64,000 nt of DNA from Deltaproteobacteria bacterium (GTDB lineage Bacteria; Myxococcota; Kuafuiibacteriia; Kuafuiibacteriales; Kuafuiibacteriaceae). The stretch is taken from positions 320,001 through 384,000 of the forward strand of contig JAVJQW010000057.1 in assembly GCA_040218735.1 (NCBI GenBank). The letters are read 5' to 3'. Under the pieces are notes generated by a model. It was not told the DNA's origin and did no database searches. It saw only the letters and a list, made by a program, of their open reading frames with translations. This document shows positions 38,822 through 52,300 of the stretch, in pieces. Positions within the stretch are counted from its first letter, which is position 1. The number at the start of each line of letters is the position of its first letter. Made by a program: the position numbers and the translations under genes.

Positions 38822-39964
38822 ATGCACGCGGTGGCGGGGGCCGGCGTAGAGACTTGGTACCGCGCGCTCGTCGAGTTCGCGCCTGACGCGCTCGTGCTCG
38901 TCGACCGCGACGGCAAGATCGTCCTCGTCAACAAACAGACGGAGGTGCTGTTCGGGTACACGCGCGAGGCGCTCATCGGTGCGGACGTCGAGCTGCTCGT
39001 ACCCGAGGAGGCACGGGCTGCGCACGTCGGACATCGGCGCGGCTACGACGCGCAGCCGAACGTACGCCCCATGGGCGCGGGGCTCCGACTCGAAGGGAGG
39101 AGGAACGACGGTGCGCGCTTCCCGATCGAGATCAGCCTGTCCCCCCTGCAGACGGAGTCCGGACAGTACGTGACCGCCGCGATCCGCGACATCACCGACC
39201 GTCGCGTCGCCGAGCGCAAACTCGCCGAGACGGCGGCGCGGCTCGAGGCGCAGAACAAGGAGCTCGAGCAGTTCGCCTACTCCGCGTCGCACGATCTTCA
39301 AGCGCCGCTTCGCACGATCATCGGGTTCACGGAGGTGCTCCGCGAGAAGCTCGGCGACGACCTCGACGAAGAGGCCGCCGAATACTTCGCCTTCATCGAG
39401 AGCGACGCACACCGGATGCGCACGCTCATCCTCGACCTCCTCGAGCTGTCCCGTACGAACAACGCCAACGTCGAGCTCGTCCCCGTCGAGGCGGAGGACG
39501 TGGTGGCGCAGGCGTGCCGTCAGCTGGACGTCGAGCTGAAGGAGAAGGGCGCCGTCGTGGCGCGCGACGGGCTCCCGCAGGTGAAAGCGGACCCTGCGCT
39601 GCTCGGCCGTGTGTTCCAGAACCTGCTGTCCAACGCCGTGAAGTTCGCGTCGGACGAGCGCGCGCCGCACATCGTCATCTCCGCGGAGCGCGAGGATGCG
39701 GACCGCTGGCGCTTCGCCGTCGCGGACAACGGCATCGGAATCCCCGCGCGACGCATCGAAAGGACCTTCGAGGTCTTCAAGCGTTTCCACGACCCGAAGA
39801 AGTACGAAGGCACGGGGATCGGCACCGCGATCTGCAAGAAGGTGGTCGAGCTGCACGGCGGTCGCATCTGGGTCGAGTCGACCGAAGGGGTCGGCACGAC
39901 CTTCTTCTTCACGCTCTACGACGCCCTCGCGTACGATCTCGAAGTCACCCAAGACATGGGGTAG
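38822..39964 (+). CDS. Soluble PAS-domain sensor histidine kinase
   Basis: PAS domain (APDAL..VDRDGKI..VN); SHDLQAPL, NLLSNAVKF, DNGIGI and GTGIG boxes. Confidence 0.95.
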   Translation: MHAVAGAGVETWYRALVEFAPDALVLVDRDGKIVLVNKQTEVLFGYTREALIGADVELLVPEEARAAHVGHRRGYDAQPNVRPMGAGLRLEGRRNDGARFPIEISLSPLQTESGQYVTAAIRDITDRRVAERKLAETAARLEAQNKELEQFAYSASHDLQAPLRTIIGFTEVLREKLGDDLDEEAAEYFAFIESDAHRMRTLILDLLELSRTNNANVELVPVEAEDVVAQACRQLDVELKEKGAVVARDGLPQVKADPALLGRVFQNLLSNAVKFASDERAPHIVISAEREDADRWRFAVADNGIGIPARRIERTFEVFKRFHDPKKYEGTGIGTAICKKVVELHGGRIWVESTEGVGTTFFFTLYDALAYDLEVTQDMG

Positions 39965-40000
39965 CGCGCGAGGCGCGACCGGGGCCATGATGCGCCCCCG

Positions 40001-40680
40001 ATGCAGCCCCAAGATCTCGAGAAGAAGACCGCCGCGGTCGCTAGCCTCGCCTACGTCGAAGACGGGATGCGCCTCGGCCTCGGATCCGGCTCGACATCCG
40101 CGGCGATGGTGCACGCGCTCGGCGAGAAGGTCCGCGACGGCGGGCTGCGGATCGAATGCGCCGTGCCGACGTCCGCCGAGACCCGCGCGATCGCCGAGAG
40201 CTACGGCATCCCGATCAAGTCGCTCGACGACGTCGAAGGGCTCGACCTCACGATCGACGGCGCCGACGAAGCCGACCCGAAGCTCGCGCTCATCAAGGGC
40301 GGCGGCGGCGCGCTGACCCACGAAAAGATCGTAGCGTCGGCGAGCGCGAAGTTCGTGGTGATCGTCGACGCGTCGAAGCTCGTCGACAAACTCGGCGCCT
40401 TCCGCGTCCCGGTCGAGGTGCTGCACTTCGCGGCGCGCCCGGTGAAGACGAAGATCGAAGCCCTGGGCGGAAAGGTGACGGTGCGCGAGAAGGGCGGCGC
40501 GCCGTTCGTCACCGAGGAGGGCAACCTGATCTATGACTGCGACTTCGGCCTCTTCGAGGACGCCCACGCGATCGCCGCGAAGCTCGCGCACCTCCCGGGT
40601 CTCGTCGAGCACGGCCTCTTCGTCGACATGGCCGACGTGCTGATCGTCGGACGCGGAGAGTCCACCGAGGTCCTCACGCG

Positions 40681-40684
<4 letters not shown>
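40001..40684 (+). CDS. rpiA: Ribose-5-phosphate isomerase A
   Basis: GLGSGST, DGADE, IKGGGGALTHEK and VEHGLF motifs. Confidence 0.97.
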
Positions 40685-43353
<2,669 letters not shown>

Positions 43354-43403
43354 GTTCATTTGCTGTCGGAGCATTTTCGACCTTACATAGAGCGTCCGCG
43401 CCG

Positions 43404-44963
43404 ATGTCGATCGCTTGGCTCATCAACGGTGTCCTCGTCGCCGCGCTGATCGCGTTGGTGTGGCGTCGCCGTCGCTCCACATTGGCGCCGACCACGCCGC
43501 ACGATCTCATGAGCTCGTGCGCTTCGATCCTCGACGCGCTGTCGACCGCCTACGTCCTCCTCGACGGTGAGCAGATCGTCTTCGCGAACCGTGGCTTCGG
43601 CCGGCTGTTCGAGCTCGACCCGCGCGAGGTCGCGGGCTGCGCGCTCGTCGACGTGCTCGGCGCTCGACAAGTCGATCCCGCCCGCCTCGGCGGACTGACG
43701 GAAGGCGCCTTGTTCGCGACGTTGCCGCGCGCCGGCACGGTCGAGCTGACCAAGTCGGCGGCGGCGCCGCTGATGATCGAAGGGCGGCGCTTCGAGATCG
43801 TTCGCTTCGAACCGGCAGCGCAGCCCGACACCAGCGCCTTCGAACAACGGGACCGGCTCGCGTCACTCGGCATCATGACGGCGATGGTGATGCATCAGCA
43901 GAAAAGCGTGCTGCAGGCGTTGAACAACAACATCGCCGCGGCCATCGAAGAGCTGAACACCATCGACTTCGTCCACAACGACGAGCTGTCGGCGCTCGCC
44001 GAGGTCTACGCGTCGCTCACCGACATGGACGACGAGTCCCAGCGCATGGCGACGCTCGTCACCGACTTCGCCGAGTTCGTCTCACCGCAGAGCTCCACGC
44101 CCGGGCCCGTCGATCTGTCGAGCAGCGCCGAGCGCGCACTGCGCATGCTCCAGGGCCAAGCCGCACCGCGTACCCGCCTCGAGTCCGACCTGTCGGAGGT
44201 CGCGCTCGTGGTCGCGGAGGAGCTGCGCGTCCAACAGATCCTCATCAACCTCGTGACGAACGCGATGCAGGCCGTCGCCGACGGCGAGCGCGCCGGCGAG
44301 GTGACCGTGCGAACACTGGAGCGCGACGGTCGTGTGCACCTCGAGGTCGAGGACAACGGGCCCGGCATCCCCGCCGAGCTGCGGTCGCGCATCTTCGACC
44401 CGATGTTCACGACCAAACAGCGCGGCGAAGGCACGGGCCTCGGGCTGTTCATCGTCAAGCGGATCGCCGACGACCTCGGCGCGGTGCTCTCGCTCGACTC
44501 CGCCCCGGGACGCGGCACGAAGTTCACGCTCACGTTCGACCGCCTCGTACCGCGGTCGACCTCGGGTGCGGTCGTCCTGGAGCCCCAGGGCATCGACGGG
44601 CCCGCGAGCAGAATCCTGGTCGTCGACGAGGACCTCACGACCGTCGGGACGCTCCGCGCCCGCATGCCGTCGTGGCAGCTCACCGTCGCTCGGTCCCTCG
44701 AGGAGGGGAACGCCCTGCTCGACCGGCGTGCGTTCGATGTCGTCCTCATCGACGCCTCCCGCGGCACGGACGGGGTCGAGCGCACGGTGAACGCGCTGAC
44801 GAACGGGAACGGACGACGGACCCAGGTCGTGGTTATGGTCCGTCGCGGACAGGACCATCACGTGCGCCCGTGGGCGGAACCCGCCGGTTGTGCCATCGCG
44901 ACCAAACCGCTGGACGCCCAGGCGCTCGCGACGCGGCTCTCGACCCACCGCGCCCGCCCTTAG
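43404..44963 (+). CDS. Membrane hybrid histidine kinase (PAS-HisKA-HATPase-REC) with atypical H-box
   Basis: N-terminal TM helix; NLVTNA, DNGPGI, FTTK and GTGLGL boxes; C-terminal ILVVDE...DVVLID...KP. Confidence 0.88.
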   Translation: MSIAWLINGVLVAALIALVWRRRRSTLAPTTPHDLMSSCASILDALSTAYVLLDGEQIVFANRGFGRLFELDPREVAGCALVDVLGARQVDPARLGGLTEGALFATLPRAGTVELTKSAAAPLMIEGRRFEIVRFEPAAQPDTSAFEQRDRLASLGIMTAMVMHQQKSVLQALNNNIAAAIEELNTIDFVHNDELSALAEVYASLTDMDDESQRMATLVTDFAEFVSPQSSTPGPVDLSSSAERALRMLQGQAAPRTRLESDLSEVALVVAEELRVQQILINLVTNAMQAVADGERAGEVTVRTLERDGRVHLEVEDNGPGIPAELRSRIFDPMFTTKQRGEGTGLGLFIVKRIADDLGAVLSLDSAPGRGTKFTLTFDRLVPRSTSGAVVLEPQGIDGPASRILVVDEDLTTVGTLRARMPSWQLTVARSLEEGNALLDRRAFDVVLIDASRGTDGVERTVNALTNGNGRRTQVVVMVRRGQDHHVRPWAEPAGCAIATKPLDAQALATRLSTHRARP

Positions 44964-45004
44964 GTCTTTACATCGCCCGCGTTTCGTATGATGGCCCCGT
45001 CAGC

Positions 45005-47098
45005 GTGATCGGCTCAGGGCAGGAGCTCGACGAGCTCGCCGTACACTACGGCGTCGAGCGCACGTTCTTCGACGCGCACGGCACGCGCTACGACGCCTCC
45101 GAGGACGCCCTCGTCGCCATCCTCCGCTCCCTCGGCGCCGAGCTCGGCGACCACGCCGACGTCTCCCAGGCGCTCCGAGCACGACGCCAGGCGCTCGTCT
45201 CGGAGGTCATCGAACCGGTCATCGTGGTCTGGTCGGACCGCGCGCACGAAGCGGTGCTGCGGCTCCCCGTCGAGGCCATGGGCTCGGACTGGTCCGTCGA
45301 GGTCGACTGCGAGGGCGGCGAACACCTCGAAGCATCGGGTGACCTGCACAGCCTCCCGTTCCACGACGAGTGGACCGTCGAGGGCACGCGTTACATCCGC
45401 AAGCGGTTCCACTTCGGGCGCACCGTCCCGTTCGGCTACCACCGGCTCCGACTGACGACGGAAGGTCGCACGTACGAAGCGCTCCTCATCTCGGCCCCCG
45501 CGCAGGCGTACGCCGATCCCCGCCAGCGCCTGTGGGGCATCTTCGCGCCGACCTACGCGCTCCGCACGCGCGACGATCGCGGCATCGGCACGCTGCGGGA
45601 GCTCGAAGCGCTCCTCGAGCACACGAAGGCCGCCGGCGGACAGTTCGTCGGCACGCTCCCGCTCACGGCGACGTTCCTCGACGACCCGTTCGAGCCGAGC
45701 CCCTACGCGCCGGTGAGCCGGCTCTTCTTCAACGAGCTCTTCCTCGACATCGGACGCCTCCCGGAGCTCGACGCCTGCAAGGCCGCGCGTGCGTTGCTCG
45801 CGAACCAGGCGTTCGCCGAAGAGGTCGAAGCGCTCCGCGGGAACGCACGAGTCGACTACGCCAAGCAGGCGCAGATCGTCCGCCAGCTCCTCGAGCCGCT
45901 CGCCGCCGAAGCGTTCAAGTCCGGCGTGCCGGACGAGCTCGGAGCGTGGCTCGAGAAACACCCGCGCGCGACGCCGTACGCGATGTTCCGCGCCGCGACG
46001 AAGAAACGCGGCGACGTCTGGCCGGTGTGGCCGGAGGCCATGAAGCAGGGCGCGATCGCCGAGTCGGACGTCGACCCGGCCGAGGTCGAATATCACACGT
46101 ACGTGCAGTGGCGGATGAGCGAGCAGGTCGAACGCCTCGCCGCCGGCAAGAAGAACGGCGTCGGCCTGTACCTCGATCTCCCGCTCGGCGTGCACCCCGC
46201 CGGCTACGACGCGTGGGCGGAGCAGGACGTCTTCCTCGCGAACGTCGCGACGGGCGCCCCGCCCGACCCGCTGTTCGTCGGCGGACAGAACTGGGGCTTC
46301 GCGCCGATCGATCCGTCCGCGGCGCGGCGCTCCGAGTACAAGTACACCATCGAGTGCTTCCGCCATCAGATCGCGGCGGCCGGTGCGCTTCGCATCGACC
46401 ACGTGATGGGGCTCGAACGCATCTACATGATCCCGGACGGGCTCGACGCCAAACAGGGCGTCTACGTGCACCACCGCTCCGAGGAGCTGTACGCGATCCT
46501 CACGCTCGAATCACACCGCCACCAGACGATGATCGTCGGCGAGGACCTCGGCACCGTCCCGGACGTCGTGCGCGAGGCGATGCATCGGCACGAGCTGTTG
46601 CGCATGTACGTCATGCAATTCGGCTTGCAGTCCGACGAACACGACGCCATTCGCCCCGTCCCCGAGACCGCCGTCGGGAGCATGAACACCCACGACACGC
46701 CGACGTTCACGGCGTTCTGGGAGGGGCACGAGATCGACGTCCGGCGAGGGCTCGGTCACGTCAGCCCCGAGGACGCAGAGGCCGAGCACGAGGGGCGCCG
46801 CCACCTCCGCGCGGCGGTCAAAGCGTTCCTCGCCTCGCGCGGCCTCGCTTCGAAGGACGCCACGACCCGCGAGGTCTACGGCGCGCTCCTCGAAGAGCTC
46901 GCGAAGAGCCCGGCGCGTCTGGTCCTCGTGAACCTGGAAGACCTGTTCCTGGAGCGTGGCGCTCAGAACGTGCCCGGGACGACCACCGAGCACCCGAACT
47001 GGCAGAAGAAGATCGCGCAGACGCTCGAAGAGGCGTTCGCGTCCGAGCGCATCCAGGCGCTCCTGGCGCGCGTGGATCAGGCCCGGTCTTTCGAGTAA
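45005..47098 (+). CDS. malQ: 4-alpha-glucanotransferase (GH77)
   Basis: SPYAPVSR, YLDLPLG, GAPPD...GQNWG, LRIDHVMG, GEDLG, THD and NVPGT..HPNW motifs. Confidence 0.95.
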   Translation: MIGSGQELDELAVHYGVERTFFDAHGTRYDASEDALVAILRSLGAELGDHADVSQALRARRQALVSEVIEPVIVVWSDRAHEAVLRLPVEAMGSDWSVEVDCEGGEHLEASGDLHSLPFHDEWTVEGTRYIRKRFHFGRTVPFGYHRLRLTTEGRTYEALLISAPAQAYADPRQRLWGIFAPTYALRTRDDRGIGTLRELEALLEHTKAAGGQFVGTLPLTATFLDDPFEPSPYAPVSRLFFNELFLDIGRLPELDACKAARALLANQAFAEEVEALRGNARVDYAKQAQIVRQLLEPLAAEAFKSGVPDELGAWLEKHPRATPYAMFRAATKKRGDVWPVWPEAMKQGAIAESDVDPAEVEYHTYVQWRMSEQVERLAAGKKNGVGLYLDLPLGVHPAGYDAWAEQDVFLANVATGAPPDPLFVGGQNWGFAPIDPSAARRSEYKYTIECFRHQIAAAGALRIDHVMGLERIYMIPDGLDAKQGVYVHHRSEELYAILTLESHRHQTMIVGEDLGTVPDVVREAMHRHELLRMYVMQFGLQSDEHDAIRPVPETAVGSMNTHDTPTFTAFWEGHEIDVRRGLGHVSPEDAEAEHEGRRHLRAAVKAFLASRGLASKDATTREVYGALLEELAKSPARLVLVNLEDLFLERGAQNVPGTTTEHPNWQKKIAQTLEEAFASERIQALLARVDQARSFE

Positions 47099-47113
47099 CG
47101 TTTTCCCCAGACC

Positions 47114-48739
47114 TTGGGGAGACGAATCGCGCCCTACGTCGTCGGCTTCGCGCTGGCGGCCTGCACCGCCGAGCCGGTGGACCCGCCCGTCGTCGACGTC
47201 GAGCGCGACGCGGGGCCGGAGGTCATCGCGCAGCTCCTCCCGCTCCATCGCTGCCGCACGCCCGAGGTCACGACGCCGTTCGTCGACGTGTCGTCGTGCA
47301 CCCACGTCGAGGCGCGCCGCGGCTACGACGACAACTATCAGACGTCCGGCCAGGCCTTCGCCGACATCGACAACGACGGCTGGCTCGACCTCTACGTCAC
47401 GGACACCACCGGCCCCAACACCTTGTACGGCAACAACGGGGACGGCACGTTCTCGATCGCACGCCAGCACCCCGCGGTCTCCGGGCACTACGCGAGCGGC
47501 GGCGCGGTGTTCGCCGACTACAACAACGACGGCTACGCGGATCTGTACGTGCTGAACTTCGGCGCCAACGCGCTGTACCGCAACGACCGGGGGGTGCGGT
47601 TCGTCGACGTCACCGCGACGGCGGGCGTCGGTGATCCGGGCAAGAGCCAGACCGCAGCGTGGGGTGACTACGACAACGATGGGTTCATCGATCTGTACGT
47701 CACCAACTGGGCGTGCCCGGAGTGCGACGGCGACCCGCTCGTAACGAGCCGCGACACGCTCTATCACAACGAGGGCAACGGCACGTTCACCGACGTCTCC
47801 CATCTGCTCGGGGGCATCGAGCTGTCGGGCGCGGGGTTCGTGACGTCGTTCCTCGACTTCGACGACGACGGCGACCTCGATCTGTACGTCGTGAACGACA
47901 AGGGCTACCCGGGCCCGCGCGAAGAAGGGGGGCCGATGAATCGCAACCTCCTGTTCGTGAACGAAGGTGAAGGCTGCGGCGGGTGGTGCTTCGTCGACCG
48001 CGCCGTCGAAGCCGGCGCGGACCTCGCCAACGACGGGATGGGGCTCGCGATCACCGACTACGACGACGACGGCGACCTCGACATGTTCGTCACCGACATC
48101 GGACCGCCGCACTTCCTCGAGAACCAGGGTGACGGCACGTTCGTCGACGTCACGGAGCGCACGAAGACCGGCTACGACCACGAGAGCTGGGGCACGGTGT
48201 TCCTCGACTACGACAACGACGGACGCCAAGACCTGTACTTCGCGCTGGGGATCGCGTTCGGGTTCGAGAGTCCGAACCGCCTGTTCTGGAACGCGGGCGA
48301 CGGGACCTTCGAAGACGTCTCCGACACGAGCGGCGCGAGCGACGCCGCCTACACGATCGGCGTCGCGAGCGGTGACTACGACAACGACGGTGCGGTCGAC
48401 CTCGTCATCGGCAACTGGGCGCGCGGCTATCGGCTGCTGAGGAACCTCGCGACCGAGCAGAACGACCACGCGTGGATCACGCTGAAGATGGTCGGCGGCG
48501 GCTTCGTGAACCGCGACGCGATCGGCACGCGCGTCACGGTCGTGACGTCCGACGGACGACGCCTCACCCAGGAGGTGAAGAGCGGTTCGAGCAACGGCTC
48601 GGGCAACGACATGCGTCTGCACTTCGGGCTCGGCGACGCCGCGATCGACCACCTCGAGATCCGGTGGCCCGACGGCTTGCGACAGACGGTCGAAGACGTC
48701 GAGCCCCGGCAGCGGTTGACCCTTCCCTATCCGGGCTGA
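47114..48739 (+). CDS. CRTAC1-family lipoprotein (FG-GAP repeats + ASPIC/UnbV)
   Basis: Lipobox LAAC; DYDNDG repeats; DAIGTRV...LHFGLG...IRWPDG. Confidence 0.92.
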   Translation: MGRRIAPYVVGFALAACTAEPVDPPVVDVERDAGPEVIAQLLPLHRCRTPEVTTPFVDVSSCTHVEARRGYDDNYQTSGQAFADIDNDGWLDLYVTDTTGPNTLYGNNGDGTFSIARQHPAVSGHYASGGAVFADYNNDGYADLYVLNFGANALYRNDRGVRFVDVTATAGVGDPGKSQTAAWGDYDNDGFIDLYVTNWACPECDGDPLVTSRDTLYHNEGNGTFTDVSHLLGGIELSGAGFVTSFLDFDDDGDLDLYVVNDKGYPGPREEGGPMNRNLLFVNEGEGCGGWCFVDRAVEAGADLANDGMGLAITDYDDDGDLDMFVTDIGPPHFLENQGDGTFVDVTERTKTGYDHESWGTVFLDYDNDGRQDLYFALGIAFGFESPNRLFWNAGDGTFEDVSDTSGASDAAYTIGVASGDYDNDGAVDLVIGNWARGYRLLRNLATEQNDHAWITLKMVGGGFVNRDAIGTRVTVVTSDGRRLTQEVKSGSSNGSGNDMRLHFGLGDAAIDHLEIRWPDGLRQTVEDVEPRQRLTLPYPG

Positions 48740-48759
48740 GCGCGGCATGGTCCGCGGCG

Positions 48760-49311
48760 ATGGACGAGTTGGTCAGCGAGCACCTCGCATCGAACGTGCG
48801 GCTGCTCCGCGAGGCGCGCGGTCTCACGCAACAGCAGATCGCGAAGACGGCCGGCGTGCCGCGCCCGACCTGGGCGCACCTCGAGTCCGGGGCCGCGAAC
48901 CCCACGCTCCAAGTCCTGGTCAAGGTGGCCGCCGCGCTGCAGGTTCGCGTCGAGGAGCTGATCGGTCCGCCGAAGGCCGTCGCCAAGCACTACGCGGCGT
49001 CTACGCTCCCGGTGCGCCGCCGCCAGACCTGTACGATCCGCCGGCTCCTCCCGGAGGCGCTGAAGGGCCTCGAAATCGAACGCTTCGAGCTCCCCGCGGG
49101 GGCGATGTTCTCCGGAGTCCCGCACACGCCGGGGACGCGGGAGTACCTGACCTGCGAGGTCGGAGAGCTCGAGCTTCGCGTGTCTGGGACGAAATACAGC
49201 CTCCGTGAAGGGGATGTCGTGGTGTTTCGCGGCGATCAGAAACACGGGTACAGGAACCCGGGACGGAAGAAGGCCATCGCGTACAGCGTCGTGGCCTTCA
49301 GCCCGGGTTAG
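48760..49311 (+). CDS. XRE-family HTH regulator with cupin domain
   Basis: LREARGLTQ...LESGAANPT; PH..GTREY; GD...F.GDQKHGYRN. Confidence 0.93.
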   Translation: MDELVSEHLASNVRLLREARGLTQQQIAKTAGVPRPTWAHLESGAANPTLQVLVKVAAALQVRVEELIGPPKAVAKHYAASTLPVRRRQTCTIRRLLPEALKGLEIERFELPAGAMFSGVPHTPGTREYLTCEVGELELRVSGTKYSLREGDVVVFRGDQKHGYRNPGRKKAIAYSVVAFSPG

Positions 49312-49332
49312 CGGTATCGTCCCACCCCTACG

Positions 49333-52300
49333 ATGTCGGGCCAGAGCCCAGACGACGAGCTCGAAGCAGCGAATCCCCCAGCCCGTCAGGACCGAATCGC
49401 GACCGGACTGGTGAGTCGGGACGCGGACGACAAGGGCCTGGACGACGGTCTGCGCATTGGTGGGTACGTCGTGTTCCGCGATCTCGCGCTCGCGCCGGGC
49501 GTTCGACTCGCCGAAGCGCGCGACGCCGACGGGAAGCAAGTCCTGTTGCAGCTCGCGCGCTGCCGTCGCGCCGACTCGGCCGACCAACGCGAGCAGCGCC
49601 AGGATTACATTCGCATGGTCGCGTCGGCGACCGAGCACCTCACTCAGGACAGCGACCTCACGGTGTACGCACACGGCGCCGCGGACGAACCCGACGGCGC
49701 GCGCACCCTCTTCTGGGCCGTGCCTTGGATCGAGGGCGCCGAGCGCCTCGGGCGCGCGGCGGCGCAAGTGAAGACGGTGGAGCAGCTGATCGCGGCGGGC
49801 GCTTCGATCATGGAGCGGCTCGCGGCACGTCACGGTCGTGGTCGCCTCGACCCTCTCCTCTGCGAGCAGCTCCTGGTGCTGAAACCGACGGGCGGCGCGA
49901 CGCTCGTCGGCGTCCCGATTCACCTCCCCGACGAATGGATCGCGCGCGACGCGCCGCCCGCGCGACTCGCGCCCGAAGAACGCGAGACCGGCGAGCCCAC
50001 CGCGAAGGGGGATCTGTGGCGCGCGGGGATCGCGCTGCGTGCGCTCGCGTCGGGCCTCGACGCGTTGCCCGACGTCGTCGGGGATCTGATCGAAGGGCTG
50101 ACAAAAGCGACGCCCGACCAACGTCCGGCCAGCGCGCAGGACGTCTTGGTGGAGCTCGAGTCGATGGACGGCACCCTCGCCGCGTCGCAGGAGCCCGGGG
50201 GTTCGAAGCCCGCCGCCGCGACGGTCGAAGAACCTGCGCCGCCGATGGAGGTGGTGTCGTCGCAAGCGTCGGCGGAGCCCGTCGCAGAGCCCGCCGACTG
50301 GGCGCTCCAGACGCTGCACGACGATCGCGGCGCGGCGAAGGAGCTGGAGACCCTGCTCGGCGACGTCACTCCCGACGAGATCCGCCAAGCCCGCGACGCG
50401 GTGCGCGCGGCCGTGGCCGCGAAGGACGAAAAGAGCGCCGTGGTCCAGCCGGACGCGACGCCGGTCGACATGCCCGCGCTCGACGTCAAGCCGACGGAGC
50501 CGCTCGGATCCGACGAGTCCGAGACGGTGGCGGCCGGCGACGAAGAGGTCGAGACGGACGCCCACAAGAAAGCGGACATCGACGCGGTCAACGAGGAGCT
50601 CAAACACGAGCAGCAGTCGAAGCCGGGCACGGCCTCCGAGCAGCCGACCAAACCTCCGGGCATCTGGACGCGCGCGCAGCAGCAACAAACGGTGCGGGTC
50701 CCCTATCCGGAGACGTCGGAGTCGACGACGGCCGAGCAGGTGCAGGCCTCGGACGACGAGATACGCGACTCGGACGAGGTGCGGTTCGGTCGTCTCCCCG
50801 CGCCGACGTCGATCCCCGAAGCGCCGACGCTCCTCGACGCGAAGAAGCCGAAGGAACGGCAGACGTTCACCAAGCAGCCCGACCCGCCGCGCGGCCGTCC
50901 GGATCCACACTTCACGAAGACGCTGATCGACGCGCCGATGCCCGACCTCTCGACCGACGCCTCGGACGTCGTGCTGCACGAGTCGAACGCCGCGCCGCCG
51001 CCGGAGGGCGCGACGGCGAACGACCCGGCTTCGGAGATGACCCTCCGCGACGTGTCGCGCGCCGACCTCGAACGCATGGAGCGCTCGCGCGGGGACGAGT
51101 CGGAGTTCCCGACGATGGACGACAGCCTGCGCAAGAACCCGCGTCGTCCCGATCCGCCGACGAAGCGCACCGTCTGGGACACGGACACGCCGTCGCACGG
51201 CGTGAGCGCGGCGGCCGCCGCGGCCGGTGCGATGGGGCCTAAGGGGACGGTGGTGGGCGTTCGGCTGATCCACGACCCCACGGGTCTGCGCCCCGTGCCG
51301 AACCTCCCGCGCCTGCTCCCGCCGGGCGGGAACATGAGCGGGCCGCCCGCGGGCCTCCTCCCGGCGGCGACCGGCCCCGCGCAGGAGCACGAAGACCTCG
51401 CCGCGCAGATCCCCGGCGGCGCGACGATCGCTGGCCAACCCGCGCTGCTCGGCGACCCCAACATGCTCGCGCTGCGTGCGCGTTCGCTACAGCCGGCGCC
51501 GAGTGATGCCCGCGCGCTCCCGCCGGGTGGGTGGCCGGACGGATCGCAGGGCGCGCTGGTTCCGCCGAACGCGCGGGCGATTCAACCGGCGGTTTCGCAA
51601 GAAGGCATGCTGGTGCGTCCGCCTGCGCGGGACCTCCCGCCGGCGTCTTCGCAGAACCCGTCGCAGAGCCACTCCGGTTTCGAGGCGCCGCAGCTGCCCG
51701 CGCCGATCGAAGCGCCGCAGCCCTCGCAGGATCTACCGAAGGTCTCGCGGAGCACGCCGCCGCAGAGTCACAGCGAGCCGACACCGCCTCCGCCCCGTCG
51801 ATCGTCGGCGTGGTTCTTCTTCGGCGCGATCCTCTTCTTCGCGACCGGTGGTGCGGTCGCGCTGGGGCTGTCGTTCCTGTTCCCGGGCTCCGGGAGCCCG
51901 ACGGCCAACCTCGGTCGCAACCCCGCGGCGATCCCGGCGCAGACGAACCCGTACGCGATCGGGCCGGCTGCGGAGGTCGTGCTGGAAGCGACGCCGCGCG
52001 ACGCGAAGGTCCTCTCGGAGCGGACCGGGCGGATCCTGGGGACGACGCCGCTTCGGTTCCTGGTCCCGCAGGGGGTGCCGACGGCGGTCATGGTCGCGGC
52101 GGAGGGCTACGAGCCGCAGCGTTTGGTGCTCCCCGATCGCGGACGCATCAGCACGGACCTCGTGCCGCTCGGCAAGAACGAGCACTGCCGAGTGTCGATC
52201 ACCGCGCCGGAGGGTGTGGGGCTGGAAGGGTTCGGCGGTGACGTCGAGGTCGGCACACGCTTCAGGATCCCCGGGAGCGTGGTGCTCCGTTCCGAGGGGC

